A stretch of 32,000 nucleotides of DNA, taken from positions 31,796 to 63,795 of the forward strand of contig JBAZYK010000005.1 of the NCBI GenBank assembly GCA_041659405.1, in the 5' to 3' direction. Each line of letters starts with the position of its first letter. Positions within the stretch are counted from its first letter, which is position 1. The notes beneath the pieces are model-generated. The model had not been told where the DNA came from. It searched no databases and worked only from the letters and a program-made list of their open reading frames with translations. Shown here piece by piece: positions 1-9,246 of this stretch. The translations under genes were made by a program, and so were the position numbers. Source of the DNA: Candidatus Altimarinota bacterium. GTDB lineage: Bacteria > Patescibacteriota > Gracilibacteria > UBA1369.

Positions 1-1545
1 TGTTACATTGGCCTGTTTTACAACCTGGTAATAAGCAATTGAAGTCTGATTATTTGGGTTGAAGATATCAGGATTGATTGTCAGGTTTTTGATGATAGTG
101 CCGGTTTGTGTGCCGGTGCTGCCGGTTGAATTAACCTGAACGTTTACCGTTTCTGTGTCTGTAACTACATTGTTGGTATTTCTAACCTGTACGGTTGCAA
201 CGTAAGTTCCATCACTAACACGGTTACCGTTTACATCACGGCCATCCCAGTTTTGAGTCTGAGTTCCTGTAGTCTTGTAAACGTTGTTAAGAAGTGTTTT
301 AGCGTATGGAGAAGCAATTTGAACTGTTACATAACCAGGATTATCCAGTGTGTAATAGATATTTGTGCTTTGAGTAGTTGGGTTGAATGGATTTGGACTT
401 ACGGAAAGGCTTGTAATACTTGGAGTTACAGAAGAAGTGTAATAGTTAACATTTACGCTTCCTGTTTTTAAATTGCCGGTTCCGTTAGCGTTGCTTGTAG
501 CAGAAACTACAACAGTGTAAGTACCGTTAACAATGCTTCCATTATCGTATTTACCGTTCCAGTTAACGCTATTTTGGTTTGCGCTTGTAGTAATTGTTTT
601 TCTTAAAACGCTGGCACTGTCGTAAATTCTTACGGTTGCGTAATCAAAAGACTTATCAACACCAAAAGAAATTGTAGCCTGTTCGCTATTGCTTGGATTG
701 AAAGTTGCCGGAGTAATGCTTAATGAATTCACATTAGGGGCAGTTACTATAGGAAGAGTGGCATATACAACATTCATTTGAGCAGTTGTACCTGTATCTG
801 CAGCGGTTGTTCCGACCGTGTAGATTTTTAATTCTCCAATATATGTTCCAGCTGGCGCATAATTACCATCGTTGTCTTTTCCGTTCCAAACTGTAAGATA
901 GTCGCCTTGTCCTACGTTCGCGGTGTCGAATGATTTAACAATATTTAGAAAGTCGTTTTTAGGATAAATCCTCAAAGTTGCGTAAACATTTTGATTACCG
1001 CTAATTCCCCAATGGATTGTAGTGTAGCTTGTTACCGGATTAAAAGTTTGAGTATCAGCATATACATAAGTAATGCGTGGAGTGTTGGCTGCATTTGTTA
1101 CATAAACATTGCCACTTGTATAATCCTGATAATCACTGGCATTCATGGTGTTTTGAACGTGGACCTTAAAATAGAATGTTCCAACAGTTGTAGGTTCGTT
1201 CCATTGAATTTCAGAAGCTCCGGCACTTAAAGGTGCGCTTGGGCTTACTTGAGTAAGTAAGTTCTTAACTAAAGATCCGCCAACCTGATAAACATCAACC
1301 TGGGCGTAAGAACCTGTATTCAATTCAAAGTGAATTGCTGGAAGAACCCCGTTGCTTCCAAGTACGTAATTAGAATTTACAACGTATGTGTTTGATAAAA
1401 CCGGAGAAGTACCAAGGGCAAGAAACACCGGTCTGAGTGGGCTAATACCGCTACCAACGACAGCTGAAGCTGATTGAATTAAGCTCATAGAGAGCATAAC
1501 CAGTACCGCCAATGCGGATGTTTTTTTGATTCCTGACGTTTTCAT
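1..1545 (-). CDS. Partial (3' end off window) secreted or surface protein with tandem FlgD/Ig-like repeats
   Basis: Open minus frame from ATG at 1543-1545 to the window edge; not in the supplied ORF track because it has no stop in the window. N-terminus MKTSGIKKTSALAVLVMLSMSLIQSASA resembles a signal peptide. Repeated motifs such as 'NWNGKYDNGSIVNGTYTVVVSA', 'NWDGRDVNGNRVSDGTYVATVQV' and 'VWNGKDNDGNYAPAGTYIGEL' are typical of FlgD Ig-like repeats. Confidence 0.85.
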   Translation of the reverse strand, partial: MKTSGIKKTSALAVLVMLSMSLIQSASAVVGSGISPLRPVFLALGTSPVLSNTYVVNSNYVLGSNGVLPAIHFELNTGSYAQVDVYQVGGSLVKNLLTQVSPSAPLSAGASEIQWNEPTTVGTFYFKVHVQNTMNASDYQDYTSGNVYVTNAANTPRITYVYADTQTFNPVTSYTTIHWGISGNQNVYATLRIYPKNDFLNIVKSFDTANVGQGDYLTVWNGKDNDGNYAPAGTYIGELKIYTVGTTAADTGTTAQMNVVYATLPIVTAPNVNSLSITPATFNPSNSEQATISFGVDKSFDYATVRIYDSASVLRKTITTSANQNSVNWNGKYDNGSIVNGTYTVVVSATSNANGTGNLKTGSVNVNYYTSSVTPSITSLSVSPNPFNPTTQSTNIYYTLDNPGYVTVQIASPYAKTLLNNVYKTTGTQTQNWDGRDVNGNRVSDGTYVATVQVRNTNNVVTDTETVNVQVNSTGSTGTQTGTIIKNLTINPDIFNPNNQTSIAYYQVVKQANVT

Positions 1546-1856
1546 AGGGAGATTGCTTAGGGATATAATAAATTAATTTTAGAAGGGATGTCCGGTGTAT
1601 AGAACCAAGTACGGTCTAATGTATTACAAAATTATTATCAATCGATTCTTGGGCAATTACACTTGCTTTTTCTTAATCTATGTAGAAAAAGGAGTGTATG
1701 ATAGTACCAATCCTGCGACTTGTCAAATTTATTTTTAGGGAAAGTGGTTAAATCGGGCGGAAAATTTTCTGTGCGGGATGATTTTCAGAGGTTTCCATTG
1801 ACATGCGGCTCAACTTTTTTTATATTAGACAAGCAATTTTTTAAATAATACCTCAC

Positions 1857-2141
1857 ATGCCAGTAATAAAGTCAGCAAAAAAGAAGGCTCGCCAAGCCCT
1901 ACGTCACTTGGAGCGCAACAAATCCACACGTTCAAAGGTTAAGACTTACATCAAGAAAGTTATAACTTTGAGCAAGACTAATATTGAAGAGGCTAAAAAA
2001 CTGTTGCCTGAAGCTTATTCCGCGATTGATACAGCCAAAAAGAAGAATGTTTTGCATAAGAACAATGCATCCCGCAAGAAGTCTTTGCTGGCAAGAGCTA
2101 TAGCCGCAGGAAGCACAAGCGGTAAAAAAGAGGTTAAATAA
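1857..2141 (+). CDS. rpsT: 30S ribosomal protein S20
   Basis: 94 aa, MPVIKSAKKKARQALRHLERNKSTRSKVKTYIKKV...NNASRKKSLLARAI, classic bS20. Confidence 0.95.
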   Translation: MPVIKSAKKKARQALRHLERNKSTRSKVKTYIKKVITLSKTNIEEAKKLLPEAYSAIDTAKKKNVLHKNNASRKKSLLARAIAAGSTSGKKEVK

Positions 2142-2161
2142 ATAGGAATTAGAAATTTAAA

Positions 2162-2191
2162 AACGCCATTTGAAAAAAGTGGCGTTTTTTT
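2162..2191 (+). terminator. Rho-independent terminator after rpsT
   Basis: AACGCCA (2162-2168) / TGGCGTT (2180-2186) stem followed by a T run, 20 nt after the rpsT stop. Confidence 0.85.
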
Positions 2192-2320
2192 GTGCGATTG
2201 GTTTGTTAGATTGAGTCGCCTATATTACAATGTCGCTTGTGATCTTTTAGGTGCGCTGGTAAGTGGGTTCGCTTACGGATTGCGCACATTAAGATGGAAC
2301 ATGGTGGATCTTTCACAATT

Positions 2321-2708
2321 GGGCCTGTAGCTCAGTGGTTAGAGCAGTCGGCTTAACACGCACGGAGCTTAACGGAGTGCGGCGCTCGCCAAAAGCGGGC
2401 ATAGCAAAACTCCGAATGCTTTATGCGTTTAGGGCTGCATGGAGAGCGATTTCCATGTGAATTTCTGCCAAATTCGGGGAAGCCTTCTTGTGCACACGCA
2501 CAAATGGTAATCCCGAGCCAAGCCTCGTCAACGAGGAAGGTGTAGAGACTAGACGGTAGATTCCTAATTTGATAAAAATCCTCCCCGGGGAGGGATTACC
2601 AAGTTAGGAAAAGGGATAGTCCAGCTTACAAACCTGAAAAGGGTCGCGAAAGCGATAGTGAGATGCATAACCGATTGGTCGATGGTTCAATCCCATCCAG
2701 GCCCACCA
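2321..2708 (+). tRNA. tRNA-Ile(CAT) gene interrupted by an intron between positions 33 and 34; CCA encoded
   Basis: Exons join to GGGCCTGTAGCTCAGTGGTTAGAGCAGTCGGCT+CATAACCGATTGGTCGATGGTTCAATCCCATCCAGGCCCACCA. This folds as a full cloverleaf and matches bacterial tRNA-Ile(CAU) (loop CTCATAA). Confidence 0.9.
2354..2665 (+). ncRNA. Group I self-splicing intron (312 nt, no ORF) in the tRNA-Ile(CAT) anticodon loop
   Basis: Core blocks match the Azoarcus tRNA-Ile intron pattern: AAATTCGGGGAAGCC, AATCCCGAGCCAAGC, AAGGTGTAGAGACTAGACGG (2537-2556), ATAGTCCA. IGS GGCTG (2433-2437) pairs with 5' exon CGGCT with a terminal U.G; P2 is CATGGA/TCCATG (2438-2457); the terminal base is G (2665). Confidence 0.9.
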
Positions 2709-2752
2709 GAAAAAAACATGGATAAATAATGATGTTCATAATTTATTAAAAT

Positions 2753-3388
2753 ATGACTAAAGACCAAATCGATAATTTTGCTTCAAAAATAGCTGCCAGT
2801 ATATATAATGGAACTTCCGTGTTCACGACTGATAAATGGATTGTTGAGTTTGAAACTATTTCAAATTATAAAATTCAGCGAAGTGTAATTGATGGCGTAG
2901 TTTTGGTAAGCTTGTATTTCGGCATTTATTTTATTCAACGTAAAGCGCAAACTTTTTTTGATGATCAAAAATTGAAAGTTTTCAATGAAGAGTTGAAAAG
3001 AGTTATTATATTTTATTTATCAACTGTATATTTTGAATCTGTTGATAAAGAACAAAATCCTGAAAAACATTTAAAACGTGTAAAAGATACTTTTGAAGCA
3101 TTATTTTCCCAAAGCATGGATGCATATTCTTCGTATACAGGTGGTAACATCACAATACTTTTTAAAGCTTTTGTGCAAAATGAATTTAATAGCTCCATAG
3201 TTAGCCCTAAAATTAAATTCACGAAAAATTCTTTTAAGAATCGCTTTTTGATTAACCTTGCAATGGTTATGGGTGGACCTAATGCATCATTTGCTAATGA
3301 TACGGTCTTAGATGAAAAGATCTTAGATAATTATGTGCAAAATATCGTTTCCACGCTTACGGAAATTGATTTTCATCCTGAGCTGTAA
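2753..3388 (+). CDS. Hypothetical protein
   Basis: 211-aa ORF immediately after the tRNA; no family recognised. Confidence 0.55.
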   Translation: MTKDQIDNFASKIAASIYNGTSVFTTDKWIVEFETISNYKIQRSVIDGVVLVSLYFGIYFIQRKAQTFFDDQKLKVFNEELKRVIIFYLSTVYFESVDKEQNPEKHLKRVKDTFEALFSQSMDAYSSYTGGNITILFKAFVQNEFNSSIVSPKIKFTKNSFKNRFLINLAMVMGGPNASFANDTVLDEKILDNYVQNIVSTLTEIDFHPEL

Positions 3389-3570
3389 GGTTTTTGCAAA
3401 TTCATCTTCCAGGATTTATGATCAGCTAAATTCGACCATTTGGTCGACGGTTCGAACCCTAACCTTTTGATTTCAGGGTCAACTCGTCCCAATGCCCCAC
3501 CATGTTTTGGCTTACTTAAGCATTTTTTTAAGTATCGGGCCAAAAATTATCTTAGTTTTGAGAATTATTT

Positions 3571-4512
3571 ATGAAAGAATTTAAAATGGGTTGGCTTTTC
3601 GGCCTTAGCAATGGTGATGTGGATGAAATCGAGGTTGGATTGTTTAAAATCAGACGGATGTCTGGTACTGAAAGAGAATTTGTCATACGAAATTCTTTGG
3701 TTTTTTTTGGTAGCTCAGAGAAAATTGAGAACACTTTGGCTCGTTTTCCATATGTATTTGAAAAAGAAATAATTAAGAATAATTCTGAGAGTTTAGGTTC
3801 ATTAGACTCAATTGTGTTACTTCTCAATATTTTATCTTCTGGAGAAGTTAAAGCTCCATTTCAGTGGTCTGAAAATGTTAATGGACAAGGCAGTTCATGG
3901 AGCACAGAAATTTATTTATTATTTTTTCGTTCAATCAACTCTCATTTTAAGGAAATACCCGTCGAAACGATCATTGAACCTCTTAAAAAAATTGGCCATA
4001 TTTTGAGCGATAAACTAAATGTAAATGATTTATCTGAAAATATAGACCCATGGTTGAAAAATCGATTACTTGTTTCAAAAAACTATCCATTAAACATTAA
4101 TTTTGGGAATGATTTTGGCATCCCTGTTTTCATTACTCGTACTGTCGAAATATCCTCGGCATTGGAATTTCTTTTTCAAGAAAACACCAATGCCGACATT
4201 AGTTTTAGGCTTCCATTAAATGTTGCATGGCTTTTGGGTAATTCTACAGATGAAAGAAAACAAATTTTTGATGCTGTTAGGGATACTTATAATGTTAGAA
4301 GTAAAAATGTTCATGGTGATCCTAAAAACAAACCAGGCCATAATGAAAAATCTTTTAAAAATGTAGAATTATCAGATTATTGTTTGCGCAGAAGTATACT
4401 TATAAAAGCTACTAACAAGTTTGATAAAAAAACATGGATAGAATATTTCTCAAATGCACGTTTTGGTGCTGACTTAAGTGGAATGGATAGATTTGAATGG
4501 ATTTCAAAGTAA
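3571..4512 (+). CDS. HEPN/Apea-like domain protein (tentative)
   Basis: 313-aa ORF. C-terminal 'DERKQIFDAVRDTYNVRSKNVHGD' fits the Rx4H HEPN signature with an Apea-like context. Confidence 0.6.
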   Translation: MKEFKMGWLFGLSNGDVDEIEVGLFKIRRMSGTEREFVIRNSLVFFGSSEKIENTLARFPYVFEKEIIKNNSESLGSLDSIVLLLNILSSGEVKAPFQWSENVNGQGSSWSTEIYLLFFRSINSHFKEIPVETIIEPLKKIGHILSDKLNVNDLSENIDPWLKNRLLVSKNYPLNINFGNDFGIPVFITRTVEISSALEFLFQENTNADISFRLPLNVAWLLGNSTDERKQIFDAVRDTYNVRSKNVHGDPKNKPGHNEKSFKNVELSDYCLRRSILIKATNKFDKKTWIEYFSNARFGADLSGMDRFEWISK

Positions 4513-4568
4513 TTTTTACGTTTATATCACTAAATAAGCGGAAGATGATAAAAAATATTGATGTGATT

Positions 4569-4803
4569 ATTAATATTTTAACAAATACCTATGGAAATTA
4601 AGGATAGTAATGGCGTGGTGCTGCAGACTGGGGACAGCGTTCAGATAATTAAGGACCTCAAAGTTGGCGGATCTTCGATGGTGCTGAAAAGAGGCGACGT
4701 GGTCAAAAACATCAAAATAGTTGAGGACGAAGAAGAGGTGGAATGCCGCATAGGCAAGGCCACAATCATGCTAAAGCCGGAATTCCTAAAGAAAAAGGGT
4801 TAG
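4569..4803 (+). repeat. 235-bp direct repeat, copy 1 (about 97% identical to 9958..10192)
   Basis: Direct comparison gives about 6 mismatches in 235 nt. Identity starts at ATTAATATTTTAACAAATACCT, upstream of the ATG, and ends at the TAG stop. Confidence 0.95.
4591..4803 (+). CDS. PhnA/YjdM C-terminal domain-only protein, copy 1
   Basis: MEIKDSNGVVLQTGDSVQIIKDLKVGGSSMVLKRGDVVKNIKIVEDEEEVECRIGKATIMLKPEFLKKKG matches the PhnA C-terminal domain. The N-terminal zinc ribbon of the full-length family is absent. Confidence 0.85.
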   Translation: MEIKDSNGVVLQTGDSVQIIKDLKVGGSSMVLKRGDVVKNIKIVEDEEEVECRIGKATIMLKPEFLKKKG

Positions 4804-4929
4804 ATTTACAGGATTGAATTTGTCTCCTTATAATTTTCACTATACTTTTTTTCTAAAATAGTATATTCTAAATGTAGAAAACACCATAAAGATGATAATT
4901 ACCACACTTACAGTATACTACAATAACTT

Positions 4930-5718
4930 ATGGCAAAGTCAAAAGAACAATTAGGTAAAATAATCCGTAAGGCAGGTGAGATATTTAGGGTGGCAGATGC
5001 TGCAGCAATACTTGAGGTATCTAATATTGAGGCAGCAAAAAGGCTGGCAAGGTGGGCGACACAGGGATGGCTCACTAGAATCCAGCGTGGATTGTATGCT
5101 CTAGTGCCTATTGAGGCTTCAACTGATAGAGCTCTTGAAGATGCCTGGATACTTGTGCCAGAACTTTTTGCTCCCTGCTACATTGGTGGTTGGTCTGCAG
5201 CAGAATACTGGGATTTTACTGAGCAACTTTTTAGAGATGTTTGCGTTATAACTGAGCGAGCTATACCTAAGAAAACACAACAGTTTCATGGTGTTCCTTT
5301 TGCTCTCACAAGAATTAATAATGCCTTATCCTTTGGCACGAAAATTATTTGGCTGAAAGAAAAGAAAATTTTGATTTCAGATCCTCATAAAACTATTATT
5401 GATATGCTTTATGACCCACAATTAGGCGGGGGGATTCAGCACATAATGGATTGCTTTAAAGAATACCTAAAAAGCTCGCATTTTAACCCTGAACAACTTG
5501 GTAACTATGCCGAAAAACTCAATAATGGGGCTGTATTTAAACGATTGGGATTTCTATCTGAGCATGAACTTGGTAAGGAGCATTCAATAACCAAGTTATG
5601 TAAATCTCGTTTAACAACAGGAAATGCATATCTAGATCCAAAACTTAAGGGTGGTGCCCTGATTACGAACTGGCGTCTTTTTGTACCTATAAATATCAAG
5701 GAAAATTATGATACCTAA
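4930..5718 (+). CDS. AbiEi-type antitoxin / transcriptional regulator (type IV TA)
   Basis: N-terminal wHTH-like 'RVADAAAILEVSNIEAAKRLARWATQGWLTRIQRGLYALVP'. Overlaps the AbiEii gene by 11 bp. Confidence 0.85.
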   Translation: MAKSKEQLGKIIRKAGEIFRVADAAAILEVSNIEAAKRLARWATQGWLTRIQRGLYALVPIEASTDRALEDAWILVPELFAPCYIGGWSAAEYWDFTEQLFRDVCVITERAIPKKTQQFHGVPFALTRINNALSFGTKIIWLKEKKILISDPHKTIIDMLYDPQLGGGIQHIMDCFKEYLKSSHFNPEQLGNYAEKLNNGAVFKRLGFLSEHELGKEHSITKLCKSRLTTGNAYLDPKLKGGALITNWRLFVPINIKENYDT

Positions 5719-7195
5719 GCGAGAAATTCTAGAAAGTGCAACAAACAACAGCCTCACACCACATGTAATTGAAAAGGATTACGTTTTGGGGTGGATACTT
5801 GCTGGTATTAATAATCATGCAATAATTGCTAATTCATGGATATTTAAAGGAGGAACATGCTTAAAAAAATGTTACTTCGATACCTACAGATTTTCTGAAG
5901 ATTTAGATTTTACATTACGCGATGAAAGCCACATAAATGCTGATTTTTTATTGAAGACTTTTAGTGACATAAGCAAGTGGATTTATGAATTTTCTGGCAT
6001 TGAAATACCACCAGATCGAATGATATTTGATGTTTATGAAAACCCACGCGGGAAAATGTCATGTCAGGGGCGCTTATTTTATAAAGGGCCTGCCACATCT
6101 CAATCAAAAAATGCCATGCCGCGCATTAAGCTTGATCTCTCCGTTGATGAAATTGTAGTTGCACCAACAATCATCAACTCAATCAGCCATGCATATAGCG
6201 ACTTACCTCAGGACGGATTTCATATTCAATGTTATTCCTATGAAGAAGTATTTGCTGAGAAGATACGTGCACTTGCAGAACGCACACGTCCGCGCGATCT
6301 GTATGATGTTATCAATTTTTATCGCCGTCCGGAGTCTGAAAAAAGAGCGATGCAGATAAAAGGAATCTTGCGGAAGAAATGTGAATTTAAAGGCATTGAA
6401 ATGCCAACATATTCCGCTTTGCAAAAACATAAAGATGAATGCCAAGGAGGATGGGTTGATCAATTGAACCATCAATTGCAGGCGTTACCTCCATTTGAAT
6501 CTTTCTGGAATGAATTACCGGATTTTTTTAATTGGCTAGAAAGCCCAACATCTCCTCTCGTTAGAATACATACAACAATACCAGTACAAGCAGGCACTGT
6601 TATTGATCAATCAGATATTGGTTTAATAAATTCTAGTGCAGCCGCTCCACAGTTCAACTTATTGGATAGAATTCGTTTTGCTGCAGCAAATTATCTCTGT
6701 GTGGAAATAATTTATCATCGTGAAGATGGAGCACAAAATACATATTTGATTGAGCCATATTCTCTCAGGCGTACATCAGATAACCATTTATTGCTTTATT
6801 CGTTAAAGCATAATACAGCAGACATCCGAGCTTTTAGAACTGACCGTATTATTAATGCTATAGCCACAACCACAACTTTCACCCCTAAATATCGTATAGA
6901 ATTTTTGCCGTCAGCTCCTTTAAATCCTGGTGGAGTAGTTTTAAGCTATGATCGCGATATTCTGGGTGTCTCAAAACGGAAGAAAAGTAGTAATTACTCT
7001 TTTGCAAAGCTACTTAAACCAAGCCGCTCACGTTCGTCCAGCTTTGGGTCTACGATAAAATATATTTATCAATGTCCTTTCTGCAGGAAGACTTTCCATA
7101 GAAGTAGTATGGATAGTAAATTGAATCCTCATAAAAATAAACAAGGTTGGCAATGTTCTGGAAAGACAGGAGTTTATATTAAAACAAAGTATTAG
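5708..7195 (+). CDS. AbiEii/AbiGii family nucleotidyltransferase toxin with a WYL-like and C-terminal Cys/His extension
   Basis: 'GWILAGINNHAI...FKGGTCLKKCYFDTYRFSEDLDFTL' is the AbiEii NTase motif. C-terminal 'IEIIYHREDGAQNTYLIEPYSLRR...RAFRTDRI' resembles a WYL domain, followed by 'CPFCRKTFHRSS...GWQC'. Confidence 0.85.
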   Translation: MIPKREILESATNNSLTPHVIEKDYVLGWILAGINNHAIIANSWIFKGGTCLKKCYFDTYRFSEDLDFTLRDESHINADFLLKTFSDISKWIYEFSGIEIPPDRMIFDVYENPRGKMSCQGRLFYKGPATSQSKNAMPRIKLDLSVDEIVVAPTIINSISHAYSDLPQDGFHIQCYSYEEVFAEKIRALAERTRPRDLYDVINFYRRPESEKRAMQIKGILRKKCEFKGIEMPTYSALQKHKDECQGGWVDQLNHQLQALPPFESFWNELPDFFNWLESPTSPLVRIHTTIPVQAGTVIDQSDIGLINSSAAAPQFNLLDRIRFAAANYLCVEIIYHREDGAQNTYLIEPYSLRRTSDNHLLLYSLKHNTADIRAFRTDRIINAIATTTTFTPKYRIEFLPSAPLNPGGVVLSYDRDILGVSKRKKSSNYSFAKLLKPSRSRSSSFGSTIKYIYQCPFCRKTFHRSSMDSKLNPHKNKQGWQCSGKTGVYIKTKY

Positions 7196-7274
7196 AGGCT
7201 GAATTCATTGTTACGATTGCAAAAATCCTATAAAAAGTGCATATTTTTATTGTTGATTTTGTCTTAAATTTTTT

Positions 7275-7895
7275 ATGAAAATAAAAATAGTAGCATTAGT
7301 TTCATTGCTTTTATTCACTGGATGCTCGTTTTCTAAGCAACCTGAGGCGTTTTTGGGTACAAAATTTGGAATGTCATCTGCAGAAGTAGAAAATGTTGTT
7401 GGTAAAAAACTACTAACTGGTGATGAGTATTTAGCTGACGCATCAAATCCAAAGTTTTTTGATTGGCTTGCTAAAAAGTATGGAGCGATTGCAATAAATA
7501 ATGTCCCGCTAGACAAGGAATATGCTGATAGATCGAAGGATTTTTTTATGTCTAGGATAATGCTTTATGACTTTCCGGCAGGAACTGATTTTAATTTTTT
7601 GGACGATAAGTTGAATAATGTTTCTGTCAATTTTGACGTAATGTTTGGGAATGCAGATGACCTACTTGGTAAAATTAAAGAAAGTCTTGAGAAAAATTAT
7701 AAATTTATTGTAAAAGAGGACAGCAAAGATGTGCCTGGAGCTTACACTTTAAAATATCAAAAAGACGATGTTAATGTTGATTTATGGATTAATGCAGTCG
7801 GACAAAATAAATATGTCAATTTAGATATTCATTACCTGCCTTTTAATAAGGCTTATGATGAAGAACTTAAAAAACGAGAGCAGAAAGCTTTATAA
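7275..7895 (+). CDS. Hypothetical lipoprotein
   Basis: MKIKIVALVSLLLFTGCSF lipobox; otherwise unrecognised. Confidence 0.65.
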   Translation: MKIKIVALVSLLLFTGCSFSKQPEAFLGTKFGMSSAEVENVVGKKLLTGDEYLADASNPKFFDWLAKKYGAIAINNVPLDKEYADRSKDFFMSRIMLYDFPAGTDFNFLDDKLNNVSVNFDVMFGNADDLLGKIKESLEKNYKFIVKEDSKDVPGAYTLKYQKDDVNVDLWINAVGQNKYVNLDIHYLPFNKAYDEELKKREQKAL

Positions 7896-7935
7896 TGAAA
7901 TTTGATTCAACGAAAAGTTCTACAATAGCAGTATC

Positions 7936-8964
7936 TTAGGATAGCTTATTTAACAAATCTTCGGCAAAAGTATTCAAATTTCCGTCATTTGTATCTTCAA
8001 AAATATCGACTAACTTTTTATCAAATTGCGCAACCCTAGCTTCCCATATTGCTTTAGTCTCTAATTCTTTTTTCACTCCGGAATCATCTTGTGAATAACA
8101 TAATTGATTTTTGATTTTCTTCATATTTCCAACTATAACCAAACGCAGATGATAATTTTTCACTGCATCCAAAATAACATCATTAATGTGCTTATCCCTA
8201 AAACTATATCCGATAACCACTAATGTTGCTCCATCTCTACATAATACCTCTCTAAATAGCCACAAATAGAAAGCGAGCAATGGTTCTTTTTCCAAATCTC
8301 TAGGCTTATTCTTTCCAAAAATCATTCCATCAGAACCGTCAGCAGATAACCAGCCGTATGAGCCATGCAATTTTATATAATTTAAGTCATTCAAATCACG
8401 ATAATCTCCAACGTGGCCTTCGGCAGCAGAAACGCGACCTTTAAGTTTCTCAATCTCTGATAAATTGGGAAGCTGTACAAAATCTTTTCTCTCTAAAACC
8501 TGCTTTTTATTTAACTTTGCTGCTTCAGCAATAGGTATACCATAGGCTTTCATCCCACTACGACTCTCGTGTAATAGATCCTGATTCAGTGTAAAGAAAA
8601 ACCCTTTTTGGCTCCCCCTGCCTATAATTCGTTGTATCAAAGTCCTTCCGACTTTACTGTATGTTCCACCTGCCTTATTAAAATCACTTTTTAATTCTTT
8701 ATCTAAAGCTTTATAAGCATCAATAACTAGCTCTCTTGCAATGGTTTTATCCTTCGGATTTATATCGTTTGATGCGTCTATTTCTGAATAGATGCCTTCA
8801 TAATCAAGATCGTCAGAGTTACTAATAATTCCTCGCGCAATATCTGACAAAGAATTTATCCTCGAATTATTAAAAATCTTTTCATACATGTCACTAGCCA
8901 AAAAGCCACCATAATTGGCAGTGTAACCAGCACCAGTAAGTAAGATATTTTTCGAATAATCCAT
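7936..8964 (-). CDS. SIR2-like domain protein (putative NADase defence protein)
   Basis: 'ILLTGAGYTANYGGFLA', 'YIKLHGSYGWL' and 'LVVIGYSFRDKHINDVI' are characteristic SIR2-like family motifs. Confidence 0.85.
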   Translation of the reverse strand: MDYSKNILLTGAGYTANYGGFLASDMYEKIFNNSRINSLSDIARGIISNSDDLDYEGIYSEIDASNDINPKDKTIARELVIDAYKALDKELKSDFNKAGGTYSKVGRTLIQRIIGRGSQKGFFFTLNQDLLHESRSGMKAYGIPIAEAAKLNKKQVLERKDFVQLPNLSEIEKLKGRVSAAEGHVGDYRDLNDLNYIKLHGSYGWLSADGSDGMIFGKNKPRDLEKEPLLAFYLWLFREVLCRDGATLVVIGYSFRDKHINDVILDAVKNYHLRLVIVGNMKKIKNQLCYSQDDSGVKKELETKAIWEARVAQFDKKLVDIFEDTNDGNLNTFAEDLLNKLS

Positions 8965-9246
8965 GATCGTTTATATAAATGTGTGTATGTGGATAAGTTA
9001 TCATATTGCAAGGGTAGGGACAAATTGCCACCCTGTTGAGTTGTCCGCCTATTTCGGACGACTGAATCAGGCGGAGAAAAATGGCAGAAAGGTTTAAAAC
9101 TGAGGATATTCAGCTTTGCTATGTTAGTATTGATGATTTTATGAATTCAATGGAACGGCTGAACCAATGGTGATTTTGGATTAAATGTAATACTATAGGT
9201 GCTGTTCAGTTATTAACTATGTCTTATAAATTAATTAAAAGTATTT

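Noticed and set aside
2321-2353. tRNA with an anticodon read straight through as TTA/TAA (Leu or suppressor)
   Set aside because: The 3' half needed for folding is 312 nt away. Removing the group I intron restores a canonical tRNA-Ile(CAT) loop CTCATAA.
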